DNA of 64,000 bases from Centroscyllium fabricii. Its lineage: Eukaryota. The notes under the pieces are model-generated. The model had not been told where the DNA came from and searched no databases. It saw only the letters and a program-made list of their open reading frames with translations. Shown here piece by piece: positions 26,001 through 40,757 of the stretch (position 1 is the first letter of the stretch; each line of letters opens with the position of its first letter). Made by a program: the position numbers and the translations under genes. The stretch spans positions 282,286,001 to 282,350,000 of the forward strand of contig JBNRSN020000005.1 of NCBI GenBank assembly GCA_051313645.2, read 5' to 3'.

Positions 26001-28379
26001 ATGTTTGCAAAGAGGACAGCGTGTGTGTAAATTGTTGAGCTTTAAAGGTAATGTGGGGAACATTCGCGCGGACGTGCCATTAAAATTCTTCTCCCTGAGC
26101 ACAAAGGGTACCTAGAAAAATTGAAAACGTCTTCAAAACACGGGAAACTCATTTGTTTGAAGGCAAAAGTCACTTTATATTGAAGTGATGAAGTTTGAGG
26201 CGCTTTTATGCAACCCTTCCCCTACAAGAAATGGCAGCAGTAAATTGTTGTGTCAATACGGAGTCGTCACATTTTCCCTCGATTAAATTTGGGTTGTTAC
26301 AAACAGTTTGTCAAAATGGTAAATTTGGGGTGGATGATAAAGGCTGTATTTTTCACGCTATCGTCTGGAGCACTCGTCGGCCAGACCAGATGAGAATAGA
26401 AAATGAGCGAAATATATTCAGCCCAAACCCTGTTGTGAGGAACAGCTGATTCCCCTATTCTGGCCAGATGGCTTCTGAACACAGATTTGCATTAATTTTC
26501 GCCTAATATCTTCAAAAAAAAATAGTGGTGCAGCTGCATTTGTTGTCAAATACGTTTTAAAACTCCTTGGCTGCAGAACGAATGGAGCCTCTGTGACGGT
26601 TTTGCGGAACTTTTCAGGTTATGTTTTACAGTCAACGGTATCAGCTTTAAAAGGATTTGGCTAAAACCCTATAATTTGGTAATCAGATTTAAATCGCCTC
26701 GGCGTGTGTAATCTGGTCTAAGAACACTGTAAGTGACTTGGAGCAAAACACATCTAACAGATGTAAGGGAAACCCCTCTCAAATATATATATATACAATT
26801 ATATAAATGATTTATATAAATGTGTTCACTCTGACTAGTTAGTGCTAAAATAACCCATTTTTGTTTACCTTGCTACACTTATTAAATACTCATGCAAATT
26901 TACTATAACGATGTTTTGCATATATGTAGAAACCAGTGATTCGCAGAATTAAAATGCGCCTAAATTGTTCACAGGTTTCAAATATTCCATTTTAAAAATA
27001 GCATCAAGATTTACTTAGCTGTAACTTATATTTAATTTTCGGTTAAAAATGTAATAAATGTGTTACTAATACAGATGTTCCTTGTCGATATGACACTGTT
27101 TCCTACAAATCAGAATTCTTTTTTTATTTATTATGCACAATGTTTCCTGCACATTTTGATTTTAAAATACAGTATTAGGATTCTGTAGATCTATATGGCA
27201 TCTTAATATGTGATGATTGCTTCTGAAGACTAATCTTATTACTTTCAATCGCCATAAAATATGATTTTATTATACTTACGTATTTAATTAGACGCTAGCA
27301 ATGTAATGGATTTTGAAATCGGAATAGCAACAGCTTTGATAATTCACTTATCTGTCGCAATAGTCATTAACCCCCCAACACCAGAAAATAGATTGCTCTA
27401 ACACAGCTCTTTCTCACCCTCAGCGGAGTATTGAAATTCAAGTGTTATGGTGTCCCCTGATAACAGAATTCGGACTTCGATTTTCACCGATTAATTAAAA
27501 TATTAGCGTACGTACGGTGCCAATTGTCAAAGAAAGGATGGAAGTGCTAATACGAACGCAGAGAAAGAGCTGAACATTGAGTAAGTGACTATCCCTGCTT
27601 CTCTCTCCCTCCCTCCAGTCTGGGTTCTTACCTTTAGTTTTTTTTTAAAAGCACAGGGCAGCCTCCGTCCCCAGGGCCCCCTCCTCTGGGCACCAGCTAA
27701 TACCTCTGAAAGACTAGTTTTAGTCAACACAAATCTAGTTAGAAATACATGTGGATCTTTAGGAATTCCTAGTGAGCGCATGTGTTCAAAGCATCTAACT
27801 TCAAATCTTCTGCTGGCTGTGTTGCTGCACAGCCCGTATCGCAGATCTGCTATTGTTTCCAATAAATGTACCTTATCATTTTGGGGTACTGATTCGGTGG
27901 CCCTTCCCAGATCTTTTAACCTTAATTGATAACACGACCACATGGATAGGAGAAATAACGCAACATAATCGTATTTAAACTCCAAGCTGTATAAGGATGG
28001 CATATTGTTTGACAAGGACGTCTAGTTTTAAATAAATGTTTGGTGAAACAGACTTGTGATTAATTTCTCAGGTAGGTTCTGTACAGAATGTTATTGCTAT
28101 TCTGACCTTTGTTCTGCACTGCCTAGATGGAAATTGTGTTGTAAGGCAAGCGAGCATTTAGCACAGACTATTTTATAACTTTTAATACAAACTTCAGTCG
28201 CAAGTTTTCGTGATCTGACAGCTTTCTCCACTAGTTTGTGTTGAAGGTAACAATTTTTGCCCCTTTAATTTCTGTTTGAAGACAAACAATTCCCCGTTCG
28301 TTGTATTTTTTTTCCTAAAGGATTCATTATGCTAATAATAATGTCTGCATTTGATTTTATTGGTTGTCAATTTGGGTAC

Positions 28380-29308
<929 letters not shown>

Positions 29309-29465
29309 TGATTTTTTAATGTTTCTGATATCGACCCCAAATCACCAAATCCCCTCAATACTCTATCAATTACCCCCTCTCCCTGTGCTCCCCTTCACTT
29401 TCCCTTTCATTACATCATATTACTGCTAGCGACAAATCAAGAAATCTCTCGTCTCCCAAATGTGA

Positions 29466-29756
<291 letters not shown>

Positions 29757-30069
29757 TAACTAACAAGCATAACGGTACTCAAGAGGCGCCCAAACCACGT
29801 GTAGTTCCGCTTGTTCTAACAGCTCTCGGCTGCTGAGAAAAAATAGCTGCCTGTTTATGACATTGTGTGTAAATATTATTTCATCGCAAAAGCCTAAAAG
29901 CAAAATGTTTCCTATTGCTAGAATACACCAACTCGCCGCATACTTAACAAGCCAGATACTGGCATGGAGTGCAGTTAATTATAAACAAACATATTTAAAG
30001 AGAAATGAAAAAATGAACTGTGGAATACAATGAACGATATAATTATTCAGTTGTAATGGTTGCTTTTAG

Positions 30070-30133
30070 GAGCCAAATAATGAGAAAACCAACAATGGAA
30101 TACACTACAAACTTCAGTTACTGTACAGCAATG
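30070..30133 (+). CDS. EBF3: EBF3 coding exon 3
   Basis: Acceptor gcttttag|G; EPNNEKTNNGIHYKLQLLYSN(G); donor ATG|GTAAGT. 64 nt. Confidence 0.96.
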
Positions 30134-31013
30134 GTAAGTTGAACTGAATTGATCCTAGTGTACTGGTTGCTCTTTACGTGTTTTGATAGAGTTTGAATGC
30201 GGGTCATGTGGTGTAGATATTAATCACTGTTTATGTAACTTTGAAGTCCTACCTGGCTAGCATTTGAGTGTAAAAAGAAAATGAAAAGATCAGCATTTCA
30301 ACGTCGCTTCTCCTGATAGTTTGTTTTAAAAAGTGAACACGGTGTTGTCCCCACACCTTTCGGCAGGGTCCTCGTTCAATTTTACATTTTTTTTTAATGT
30401 CATACCCTTTTGGTGTTGTTGCACAGTAATCTGTGGGACAGTATATTCGAGCAGTCACACGCAGGCTGTGAAACAAATTCTTAAAGTAAAATTTGCAGAG
30501 CGAGGACTTGAAAACAGTGCTCTGAGCTTATTTCACAATTGTCCACAGACTCCAAATGTGAATATCACAATCAACACGTCCAGTACATCTGTGTCATTCG
30601 ACGTTACCGTTTGAGTAGAATGGCATACTTGTGCAAAAGGAAAATATCCAAAGTGTGAGACAAACATTCGTCCCGTTAAAGAGCAGCGTCCCACGCTCCA
30701 CCGCACTGCAAATTGCACATTTCAACTAAACATCAAATTTACAATAAATGTCAAGAATTCATGAATTTCCTGGGATAGAGTTTTTATTTCTCTTACGAAT
30801 ATTTTATTTATATTTTATCGCCTATCAGCTCGTTTTATTGCGTTCATTACAAGGACATCAGTTTCCATATTTTGCCAAATGAACAGTGCCCTTTAACAGA
30901 CGCAACCCCCTCTTTCTATTTTTGAGTGATTTGGAGACCGATGCGGTGCTTTCATTGATAACATGCGTTTCCCTTTTTAAGTACCGTTAAATTTGATACT
31001 ACTTTATTTCTAG

Positions 31014-31069
31014 GGGTACGAACAGAACAGGACCTCTATGTCAGGCTCATCGATTCAATGACTAAACAG
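31014..31069 (+). CDS. EBF3: EBF3 coding exon 4
   Basis: Acceptor tttatttctag|G; (G)VRTEQDLYVRLIDSMTKQ; donor CAG|GTGAGC. 56 nt. Confidence 0.96.
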
Positions 31070-33565
31070 GTGAGCCAGTCCAAAAAAAAAACACTTTCAT
31101 TTTTGCATTAGAAAGTTTACAACCGTTGTTCTCCTGTCACCCTAGAGCTCAATATTGTGCACGTTGTCAGGAAAGCAACACTTTTGCAAGTTAAAGTATT
31201 TCAAATGAAGTGCCTGTCTTGAAATAAAACCCCATTGTGTATGTCTTAAAGATCAGTTTTATTACACATGCGCCTTTCCAAATTCCTGGTGTTAAGTTGG
31301 TACTTTGCGAAGTAGGGCGTGATTTGATTTTTGTAGAACTAGATGATCTGGCAGTAGTCTGCGGAGTTAAACGCGTTCAGGTGAAAAGCCAGCGTGTCCT
31401 CTTCCAGTTCAAATTCACCTCTCAGCCCCAGTCTCCATAATTCAGCGCCACTTTTGTCCCTGGCTGGTAGCTGGAGGCTTGAGAGGCTGCGCCAGGGGTC
31501 ACGAAGCAGTCCATTCCCTGAGATCAGCTAGCATTTCTTTATCATCTGTCTGTCATACCTTGTAAATAACACAATTACAGGCAGTTGCTTATTAAATTAT
31601 TTAGCCTGTCTTCTGCGACTTCAAAGATGATAAGTGCGGCTGATCAAAAGTGCTGCACAGTAATTAGCCACGGGAGTCGGCACGTTTACACTTCTCTTTG
31701 AAAGTCGCCAAATATTTCGCCAGCTCCACAATACATCTTGTTTTCCATTGAACGGCAACGTTATTGTCACCAAGGCGTTGTAAATAAAATAAGGTGCAAC
31801 ATTCCAGAAATTGCCCAAACGACTGTCTCTCGCCTGCACCCGCTTGAAACCGTTATTTTTCGCTTGATGGTTGCACTTTTTTTTTGTCAAGTGGTTTCAG
31901 TTCACAACGTGCTCGTTGTATGTCATACATTCATCTCACGAAATCAGATTTAATTCCTTACAATTCCAATTTACAAATTAACTTTGGGATCAGGCAGTGA
32001 TTTCGCCAGTAGGAGGGGACAGTTTTTCAGTGACTTTTTCTGTACCCACGCAAACCATAAGATGACCCACAAATAATTATTGTTTTTGAAGACATAAGTC
32101 TGACAAGCGATTGTCAGATATCATGACCCCCCCCCCCCCCTCCACCAGCATCACCCCCAACCCCGTGCAATTTCCCCTTTGCAACAGTTATTTCACGAGG
32201 TCAGGAAAATTCCCTGAACGTTCAGTGCTCCATAAGCTGACAATGTGGTTTTATTGCCATTGTATCTAACAGCTAAACGTTTGTCGAGATCGCCGCAAGC
32301 CTAATTAAAAGGGTGCATGTGCTGCCACCCAATATCTTAGTATGAAGGGGCTGTTATCTTATTTGAAAAGATAACTTGCTCATTTAGTCACATATCCTAC
32401 TATTTTAATGGTGCAAATGAGGCTTTTTAAAAGCGCTAATCTCCTCACTTGATTGATGGGAAATAGCCCTGTAACTGATCAAAGAATCAAAGGCGCTCAG
32501 CAACTAATGTATTGATTCGGGTTTTTGGCCGCAAAATAAAAGCAGAAAAAAAAGGCAAGCCAAAAATGCGCACAGGAAAAGGGTTTTGAGCGGGGGCGCA
32601 CCAACCTTCCCAACTTAAGTCCTGTTTTATTGTAGTGACAACAAACAGAAGAAAGCGCCCGGGCTGGGAGGCGTGCGCTGGTTACAATGCGAGCAAAGTG
32701 GAATCTGGTTAGATGAATAATAAGGGCGCAGACAGCTTGGAGCTGGGGATCGGATGCGCTCAGCTGAGTTGTAAAGAAGCGTGGTGGGCTTGTGCGCTGG
32801 AGAAGAGTCGCTGAAAGGCGAGCGAGGAGCAGGCGAACACACCTAGAGCTCCCACCATCTGGCTGCTGTTAGAGCGAATGCTCAATAATTACTCAACCGT
32901 ACTCCCAGACTGTCTTTTTAGAAAAAATCATTGTGTGTAATTGAAAAATAAACACCAGATTCGCTCCACGAGCTAAAGTCACACAAAAAAACTATCCGCA
33001 GGTTTGTTTTATGGGGGGAGGGAGGGAGGGACACAAGACCCAGTTTTCTCCCAAACTTGCTCCTGCCGCCACAGAAATAAATAACAATAACATCCCCCCT
33101 TCCCCAAATAACAAGTGTGGGCTGTTGCGAGGCAAATGCAATATTATTTACCAATTAGCGTCTTTTATCCAGATGACACCCACCCGAATCTTTGCCCCCA
33201 CACTCATAAAATACACGATGGGAATTTAACATGACCTGTGATTACTACCTGGGACTGAACCACTCTTCACCTGATTTGAGGACAAGGTCCACCCGATGTA
33301 AACCTGACCGTGGGCTTCAGAATGACGGGGCGCCAGAAAGCTCAAGTTTCGGGCCTTTTCCGTGCTTTGTCTTCTCACCCCCAAAAAGGTAGAGATTTGT
33401 TTCATGGACATCATGGCAAGTGCCATTTAGAATGACTTGAAAACCACGTTTCACCTTAAAATGACCAAAGTTTCTGCATAGCCAAGTATAGCGGCATTTA
33501 GTCATTGCTGGTGGCAACTTTTCAATGTTAAATGGCTGTTGTTTGTTTTTGGATCATTATTTTAG

Positions 33566-33639
33566 CCGATAATATACGAAGGGCAGGACAAAAACCCCGA
33601 AATGTGCAGAGTCCTACTTACACACGAAATCATGTGCAG
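33566..33639 (+). CDS. EBF3: EBF3 coding exon 5
   Basis: Acceptor ttattttag|C; PIIYEGQDKNPEMCRVLLTHEIMC(S); donor CAG|GTAAGC. 74 nt, contains zinc-knuckle H157 and C161. Confidence 0.96.
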
Positions 33640-34715
33640 GTAAGCGCCTTCCAGTGCTTTGTCAATGGGAAAAGTTACACGCAATTTACTCCCTGCTATT
33701 CAGTTCCAGTGCGCAAGGCATAAACACAACACTAACACTTTCCAGTAACGTTGCAGAGTTTTTAACAACTGTCCATTGGAAATAGGAAATTAGAATTACT
33801 CCTTTGCACACCGGCAGTTGAAAATATTGTTCCTTTGGTACTAAATGAAGCAACATTTCCCCACCCACACAAACTGAGTTACTGCATTTGACAGTAAAGC
33901 GTGCAAGTTATGTGTCAGTAATTCGAAGAGATTCTTTATCGCCAATATTGGAACTTTTGGTAATTACTTAGGTCTTGAACATGCAGAAGTAAAATCTAAC
34001 ACGCTGTTCACTGCCCCGGATTAATATATTACCCCCTGTGACTACAATGTACTTTTTTTTTTAAAAAGCAATGAAAACAGGTCAGAGTTGATGCATCTGT
34101 CAGCGATGCTGTAGGAGTCACAGATCATTCAGTCATTTTACTGCCCTCTTCTTTACTACGTTGAGCCACAGATAAACCATAATCTGTTATTGATAAAAAA
34201 AAGAAACTCTTTGTACTTATTGAGCTCATGTATGTGAGAATTGATTTTGATACTGTCAGTTAACCTTTTTTCTGGAGCAGTGATGCATTGTTCATGCTGT
34301 TGTTAGATAGCATGCACATCACCAGGATTTGTGTCAGAAGAGCAATTTTCCACCTGTTTTTTTCTAACTGCCATAAGAGTTTTGCCCTACAAGGGAAATA
34401 AAAATGCATCATTGATTTTGTATGTATTGAATGTGAAATATAGTTGCTTGTTAGAGCAGAGCTGATCAAGAAGCGCAGCCAGGATTTCAGGCTACAGTAG
34501 CAGGTATCATACTCTAAGGGGCATACTATTCCTAGCTATTATGCTTATGTCATTTCACTTAAAACGTACTGTAACAGTGCTAATATACAAAAGCAGAGTT
34601 TTCCCTATACTAGGTAATAAATATAAATTACAACCAATAAAATGAAATTTCTTTATTATCCACCACTGCATGTATTGCAATTAACATAGAAGACAGCACA
34701 GATGTGATTTAAGCT

Positions 34716-34847
34716 NNNNNNNNNNNNNNNNNNNNNNNNNNNNNNNNNNNNNNNNNNNNNNNNNNNNNNNNNNNNNNNNNNNNNNNNNNNNNNNNNNNNN
34801 NNNNNNNNNNNNNNNNNNNNNNNNNNNNNNNNNNNNNNNNNNNNNNN
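34716..34847. other. Assembly gap (132 N) in EBF3 intron 5
   Basis: Run of N. Exons 5 and 6 join in frame across it, so no coding exon is missing. Confidence 0.99.
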
Positions 34848-35276
34848 AAGATATAATCATGTATTATATTTGCCGTATTCCAATTTCAATTACATTTCCG
34901 AAACATATATTTAACAAAGGATTTTTTTAATCACAAAAGGGGCATACAGACTGTTATGGTTCCAATTAATAAATGCCCCACAGAAATATTGGTTGAAGGT
35001 GGCATCTTGCATCTTCTCCAGAAATAACAGCTTGACAATTAGAGGTAAACAAAAGCGGAAGCTGTGAAAACTTATTCCCAAGCCTCCTGCCTCTTTCTTT
35101 TCTGAGATCAACGCAAAGACAGACACCACAACATGTTGTTTTTCCCATCTTTTAACATTGCCATTACAGTGCGTGTTCACAGGCCATGATTATGTCAAAG
35201 TTAAAGGGGGGCAGTGGGGGAAATAAAAGAATGACTTCTTTTCAAAAGTACTTACGACTATTTATTTTATTTACAG

Positions 35277-35345
35277 CCGGTGTTGTGACAAAAAAAGTTG
35301 CGGCAACAGAAATGAAACTCCCTCAGACCCCGTCATTATTGACAG
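35277..35345 (+). CDS. EBF3: EBF3 coding exon 6 (gene continues beyond the window)
   Basis: Acceptor ttttatttacag|C; (S)[22 protein letters not shown](R); donor CAG|GTATGA. 69 nt, completes the H-X3-C-X2-C-X5-C zinc knuckle. Confidence 0.96.
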
Positions 35346-37567
35346 GTATGAAAGCATTAATTTCTGTTCTTTGATGCCCATTACCCTCAGTTTTGCATTC
35401 AGTTCATTCTGCGCATTGTTCCATTTGTTGTCCTTTTGCGTTTTCATGCACAGGTGGGTTGACTTGGAAACCTGGTGGCTCACTCTGTGGGGATTCAGTA
35501 ATTGCTTGTGAGTTGTCAAGGGAAGCAGTTTCATCTGCCACCATGCTCACTGTGAGGAGTATTTTATGCCTAGAGAGGTTTTGGCTTTAAATGCAGATAT
35601 GTGCTCTAATCTGTTTCTTAGTAACTTAGTATTTTATGTTACTTTTAGTTGTCATTGGTTTAATGTTTAGTTACATTTTGGCCTCTTTTGTTAGAAAGAA
35701 ATGCATGTTTCTGAAAGGCTTGTGGTATTAAATAGAATAGCTGCTGTCACATATTGAAAGTTACTGCAAAGTACAGGTATGAAAACTCACTCCTAAACTC
35801 AAATCTTTAGTGCAGTTTGAACAAAGATAGAGTTTCAGCCGCTTTCATTACTGAGGTATCTCCTGCTCATGAACTTTGGTTTCAGTGTCTGAAAATTAAA
35901 CCAGGAAAAGACCCCAAGTTAAGCCTGACGAAATATGCACCACCAGTGGAGAGCAATGCCAATGTTTGATTAGCTGGAATAGCTGTTTGCTTAGTGGAGA
36001 ATGTTAGCTATCTGACAGAGGGGACATCTTTCTTATTAGTAATCAAATAGGGCAGACCAGTTGTTGCCATCACTCTGGGATTGTGTCAGGCAATTGAAGG
36101 CAGGTTCAACAGTTTGAAGAACTTGGTGTTGAAAAATCAATACAATTATATTTGTCTTTAGTGTTTCTGTCCTTATGGACTCAAAGTAGAATTTCTACAT
36201 AAAGGGTGCAATTATAATACAAGTAGCACTTTTGAGTTTATTAAGTGAATATTGAAAATAAATGCACTGCATATTTTTTCTTAATATTCTTCACTATTAT
36301 CAGCATTCTTCATTGTTATTGTCTGGCAGAAGTTATAAAAATGATTTTGCATTTTATGACTCGGGTTATTATGGTGTTTCATTACATTGGCTATTGAGCA
36401 TCTGTACTGAGCAGATATTATGATGTAATTTAAAGACACATTAATATTGCACATTTATTGTGTTATCAATAGTGATGGGATTATAACCTGTAATATGATT
36501 TATGTGAAAACAGGTCTATAATAGGGAAAGGTGAAATAGCAATTCTAATACATTGGATTCAAATTTATTCAGTAAATATATCATAAAAATAATATAATAA
36601 TATTATCATTTGGTTTGGAGGCATTTGCAGGGCTTCTGCACCTACATAGTTAGAACGTTTTATTTCAAAATATTTGAAGACAAATAATTTCAAAATACAT
36701 TGACACTCAATTGAAAAATTTGCATGGCTACTGAGCCCCCTTTTTATATCATCTTATGGTTCTTTATAAAACAGTTGCATTTTATTGGCTAACAAAACTA
36801 TAGCAAAACATCCTAATGAGTTTTAAGAATAACTGATGTGCAGTTTACAGTGTAACTAGTGCAAATGCCTGAAACTAAATTATTGATGAGAAATCTGCTG
36901 CATGTTTCTAAATTTACTTGAAGTATACAAAACAGTTGCAAATGTAGGAATTCTAATCAGCTTAATGTTGCACTGTATACCAAGTGTCGTGGTGAAAGTG
37001 GGGAAACTTTAGCCAGAACGGTAAAGCTCTGATGTATAGAAATCTAAGAAGCAAAAGTGAATAGTTAGAAAGAAAGGCGGGAAAGCTTATAGTCTTGGCG
37101 TCTTTTGGAAACGTGTTTCAGGTGAAGCATAAACATTTCGATTTACATAGAGGGCGCATTGGTGAGCCAAGTCTTTGCACATACTAAAACAAAGTTGAAG
37201 TGAGAACCTGCATTTGCAGAGGTTTTTTTTTCTCTATTTTGTTGTATGGCTTAGAGTCCCCCGGTGAGCAATCTCATCACTTGGCTAGTTGGTTCTAAAA
37301 GGAATCACAGGGAGCACGCTCTACCAGTTCCTTTTTGCCCTCGGACACATTTAGCAGGTTCTGAACAGATAAGGCATATTTGTCCTCAGGATATGAACCA
37401 ATAATTCAATCTTGAATTGAGATCTATGACCACACATTTGTTCCAGCTCAAGCCCAAGCAGTGTTCCGTAAATCAAAGCCATTGTCCATCGTTAGGTGAA
37501 AAAAATAACATTGCAGCTTACTGCAAATAAACTGTTTAAAGAAAAGTCTTTTGACCTAAAAGTATTC

Positions 37568-37634
37568 GGGGGGGGGGGGGGGGTAGCGTGGGGGGGGGGG
37601 GGGGGGGGGGGGCGTGGGGGGGGGGGGGGGGGGG
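37568..37634 (+). repeat. Three long poly-G tracts (G-quadruplex-capable, low complexity)
   Basis: G-runs separated by TAGCGT and CGT. Homopolymer lengths may be inaccurate. Confidence 0.8.
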
Positions 37635-40600
37635 AGAAAGGACACACTTGCTTTGTTGTACTGCTGGGCAGGATGAGAATATAATTTTCAGAGTAAAATC
37701 ATGTTTTCTGGGAAAACAAAAAGCAGATGTTACTTATTAAGAACACCCATTGTCTATATCTCACGAATCTAAAGAGATAAATCCTATTTCACCCATACAT
37801 TCTGATGGTCTTAAATGATTACAGGATGCAAAAAAAATTCTTTAAATTAGAACCATGATCTGGGGTAAAATAATTCTTCTGTGCTAGCATAGCATATTTT
37901 ATTGCTAACTGCGGAAATTCCTGGAAAGGTACATCCTCTTGCCTTTTCCTTCCCTGTGTGGGTTCAATGTAGATGGATGCAATGTCCAACTGTTGAAAAT
38001 TGAAAAGACTGATTGTTGAGGAAGACAAGAGGAGGCAGGATTATATTACAATCACAACACAGCACAGCAACGCGCTGGTGAGAGCTGTGATAGCTGTGCT
38101 TGGATACATTAAATGGGTTCACGATACATTACGGATAGCACACACAGCAGAATGTTCCCAGTGGCACCCGTGCAGTCAAATAGCAAGTTGGCATCTTTAC
38201 TAGTAGTAACTGGCATCCCCTGTAGAGCTGGCATTTCTGTACAGTTCAGGAGACTTATCATTCCAAGTGTGTCCTATTTTCCTGTACAGCAGCCAGACAT
38301 CTGTTTATCCCATTTTCTCTCTCTTGCAGTGATTGGAATGGCTTTAGTTTAGTGAAAAGTTTAGTCCGGTTTAGCAGCTGTTACTGAATTTCAAGCCTGC
38401 TGGTTTCTAAAATATTTTCATTGACCTTTGAATTTATGCAGAAAACGTTATGATATTTTATTGCTTCTGAAACAATGTACATTCATGATTTTTAAATCAT
38501 TTTAAGTTTGTCAATATCAGTTAACATGTAATTGTTGAGAAAGGCTAAGTTTTTTTCAAATAATACTTTTTTAAGCATACTGTTATAAATGTACTAGGAT
38601 CCAATGTTTTAATTCATCTATGACTGTAATTTAAGGCTTTTTAGGTTTTTAAGTGATAGTAGCATAGTAGCTGAAGACTGATTTCAGTTTTCTTAGTCAA
38701 CATTGCTTCCTTTCACTTCCTGTCACAAAGGTCAAAGAAAGCTGACCTTTGCTGGCAGCTTCAGTTGTTGAATAATTCATGTGATTGACTTTTTGTCAGT
38801 GCACACAGTTGTGCTCTGGGACATTTTATTCATTTACCTCATTTAAAGCGCCTTTCTGCACCTGTTCAACTATTAATATCATGTAATTTGTGCCTAATGC
38901 CGATTTTGCTTAACATTCATTATATTTCTTATTAGCTATATTTCCAAACGATTATGTATGATTATTACTAGACCCTAGGAACAGTGATGGGTTATTCCCC
39001 AGACCTTTACATCTTCTTGTCAGGCTGTTTTCGGAAGCAGTGAGAATAAACATTTGACCAATCCCAGTGTTTTTGTTCATAGTCCATATCCAACCAGCAG
39101 TTAAAACATTTTCCCTTATGGCTTTGGAAAAGCATGATTAAACCCTACTCTGTTGAAGCTGTACAAATGCCAGCATTTATAAGGTCAACGGTTTTGTTAA
39201 AAATGCAATGTAAATTAGAATCTGTGGAAAGGGACATTAAACAAAATTTAATTCATTGTCTTCTTGAATGCCATTTATGTTTTGGCTGAGCCTGGGACTG
39301 ACAAGCAGGATTTTAAAATTTTAATAATTTTAAATTAAACATTGTTTTGTTATCTAGCACTTAGTACGCTACAGTGTTTGGACAATTAATGCAAAGCTGT
39401 GATTGTTGGTGGTTTCCACTGTATGTTTAGAGATTATATAGAAACCTTCTTTGAATGGCATGTTGTCATTAAATCTGCATAATGTAATTAGAGCAACACA
39501 GTTTAGTGTTAAGTTTTCCTCCTCACTTTCTCGTGCACATTAGCGTATCAACGTTATAACATAGGGCAGATCTTTTCTCAGCTTTTTTTTTGTTGTGCTT
39601 GGGTTTCACTTTCCAAGGTGTACCCTGCACCAAATAAACTGCAAGTTGTTTCTACCCTTCCACTGGTGTTTCTGCACAGATTTCAAGGATGCAGTATATT
39701 TCTGATTAATGAGCTTGGCAGTAGGAAATACATTTCAGGTCAGTGCAGTCTCCATACAAGTACACAGGTGTGAACATTCCTGCATTATTTATGACCATCT
39801 CACATCTCTTGTGCTATAGAGGAAAAACAAAAACAAAATGGAGAAGTGCTGTGCTTGTTCAGACTTCAAAACTAAATATATCTCAGTGGCCAAAGACTAT
39901 AGTGGAATGTCAAGAAACAGGGGCAGTGGGGTTGGGGGTGGGGGGAGCTTACAGAGAAGGCAAGGGAGTAAAATTGGAGAAAAAAGTGGCTCCTGACATA
40001 AAAAGAGATACCGAGAGGAGCCTATGTGGGAGAGAATGAGAGAATAGCAGGAAGGGAAGGGGAGACAAGCCAAGCTGTCAAAAACTATACAAAGTGAGGT
40101 AACCTGATAGAAACCATTCCGTGCTTCCGTTGCTGTCTTATCAGGTGAATAGGAGAGATACTGCCACAGCCTGTAATTTTGTTTGGATGTCTTTGATAAA
40201 TTGCATTCGTTTGTGGAAAAATCTACCAAAATCAGAACACTGTTATTCCATATTATAGAAACGGGTGATTTTATCAGCAAATGAACAAGATTTCTTTCTG
40301 TAGTCTTAAGAGAAAATAAACCGTGAAAGTGGAAATAGAGCTGTTTGAACACAGTATTAATAACAAAGTTTATAAAAGTCTGAATCTGTGACTCAAGATG
40401 TTTGGTTTTTAGCCCAAAATCAAAAATGATGTAATAGTATATTCATCTACTTCCACAAATCTTTAATCACTTATAAGAATACAAGGATTGGTGGTGGTTG
40501 TGTGTGTGTGTGAGGGGGGGGCGGGGGGGAGGTGAATGTGAATTACAGATGGAAATTCCTAGCTTTAGTGAAGGAGGTTTCCACTGCAGAAGCCAGAATG

Positions 40601-40757
40601 TGATTGACAGACAGGGCTACAGGAAGTGAAATCTCAGGGAGCTTAACCTGTACTTGGCAGAGCTTCCACAGATTACACTGAAGAGAAAATGAAAAGCACT
40701 CATTTTGGTGGAACTACCAGTCAACAAGTAATGGATGTGGACTTTACATAAAACTAT

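Noticed and set aside
27527-28015. 162-aa antisense ORF upstream of EBF3
   Set aside because: No recognisable domain, a non-ATG start and no splice support. It is expected by chance.
37568-37634. Poly-G tracts as a functional G4 element or Gly-rich coding exon
   Set aside because: Poly-G/C runs are scattered through this genome window, their lengths are error-prone, and there is no splice or frame support.
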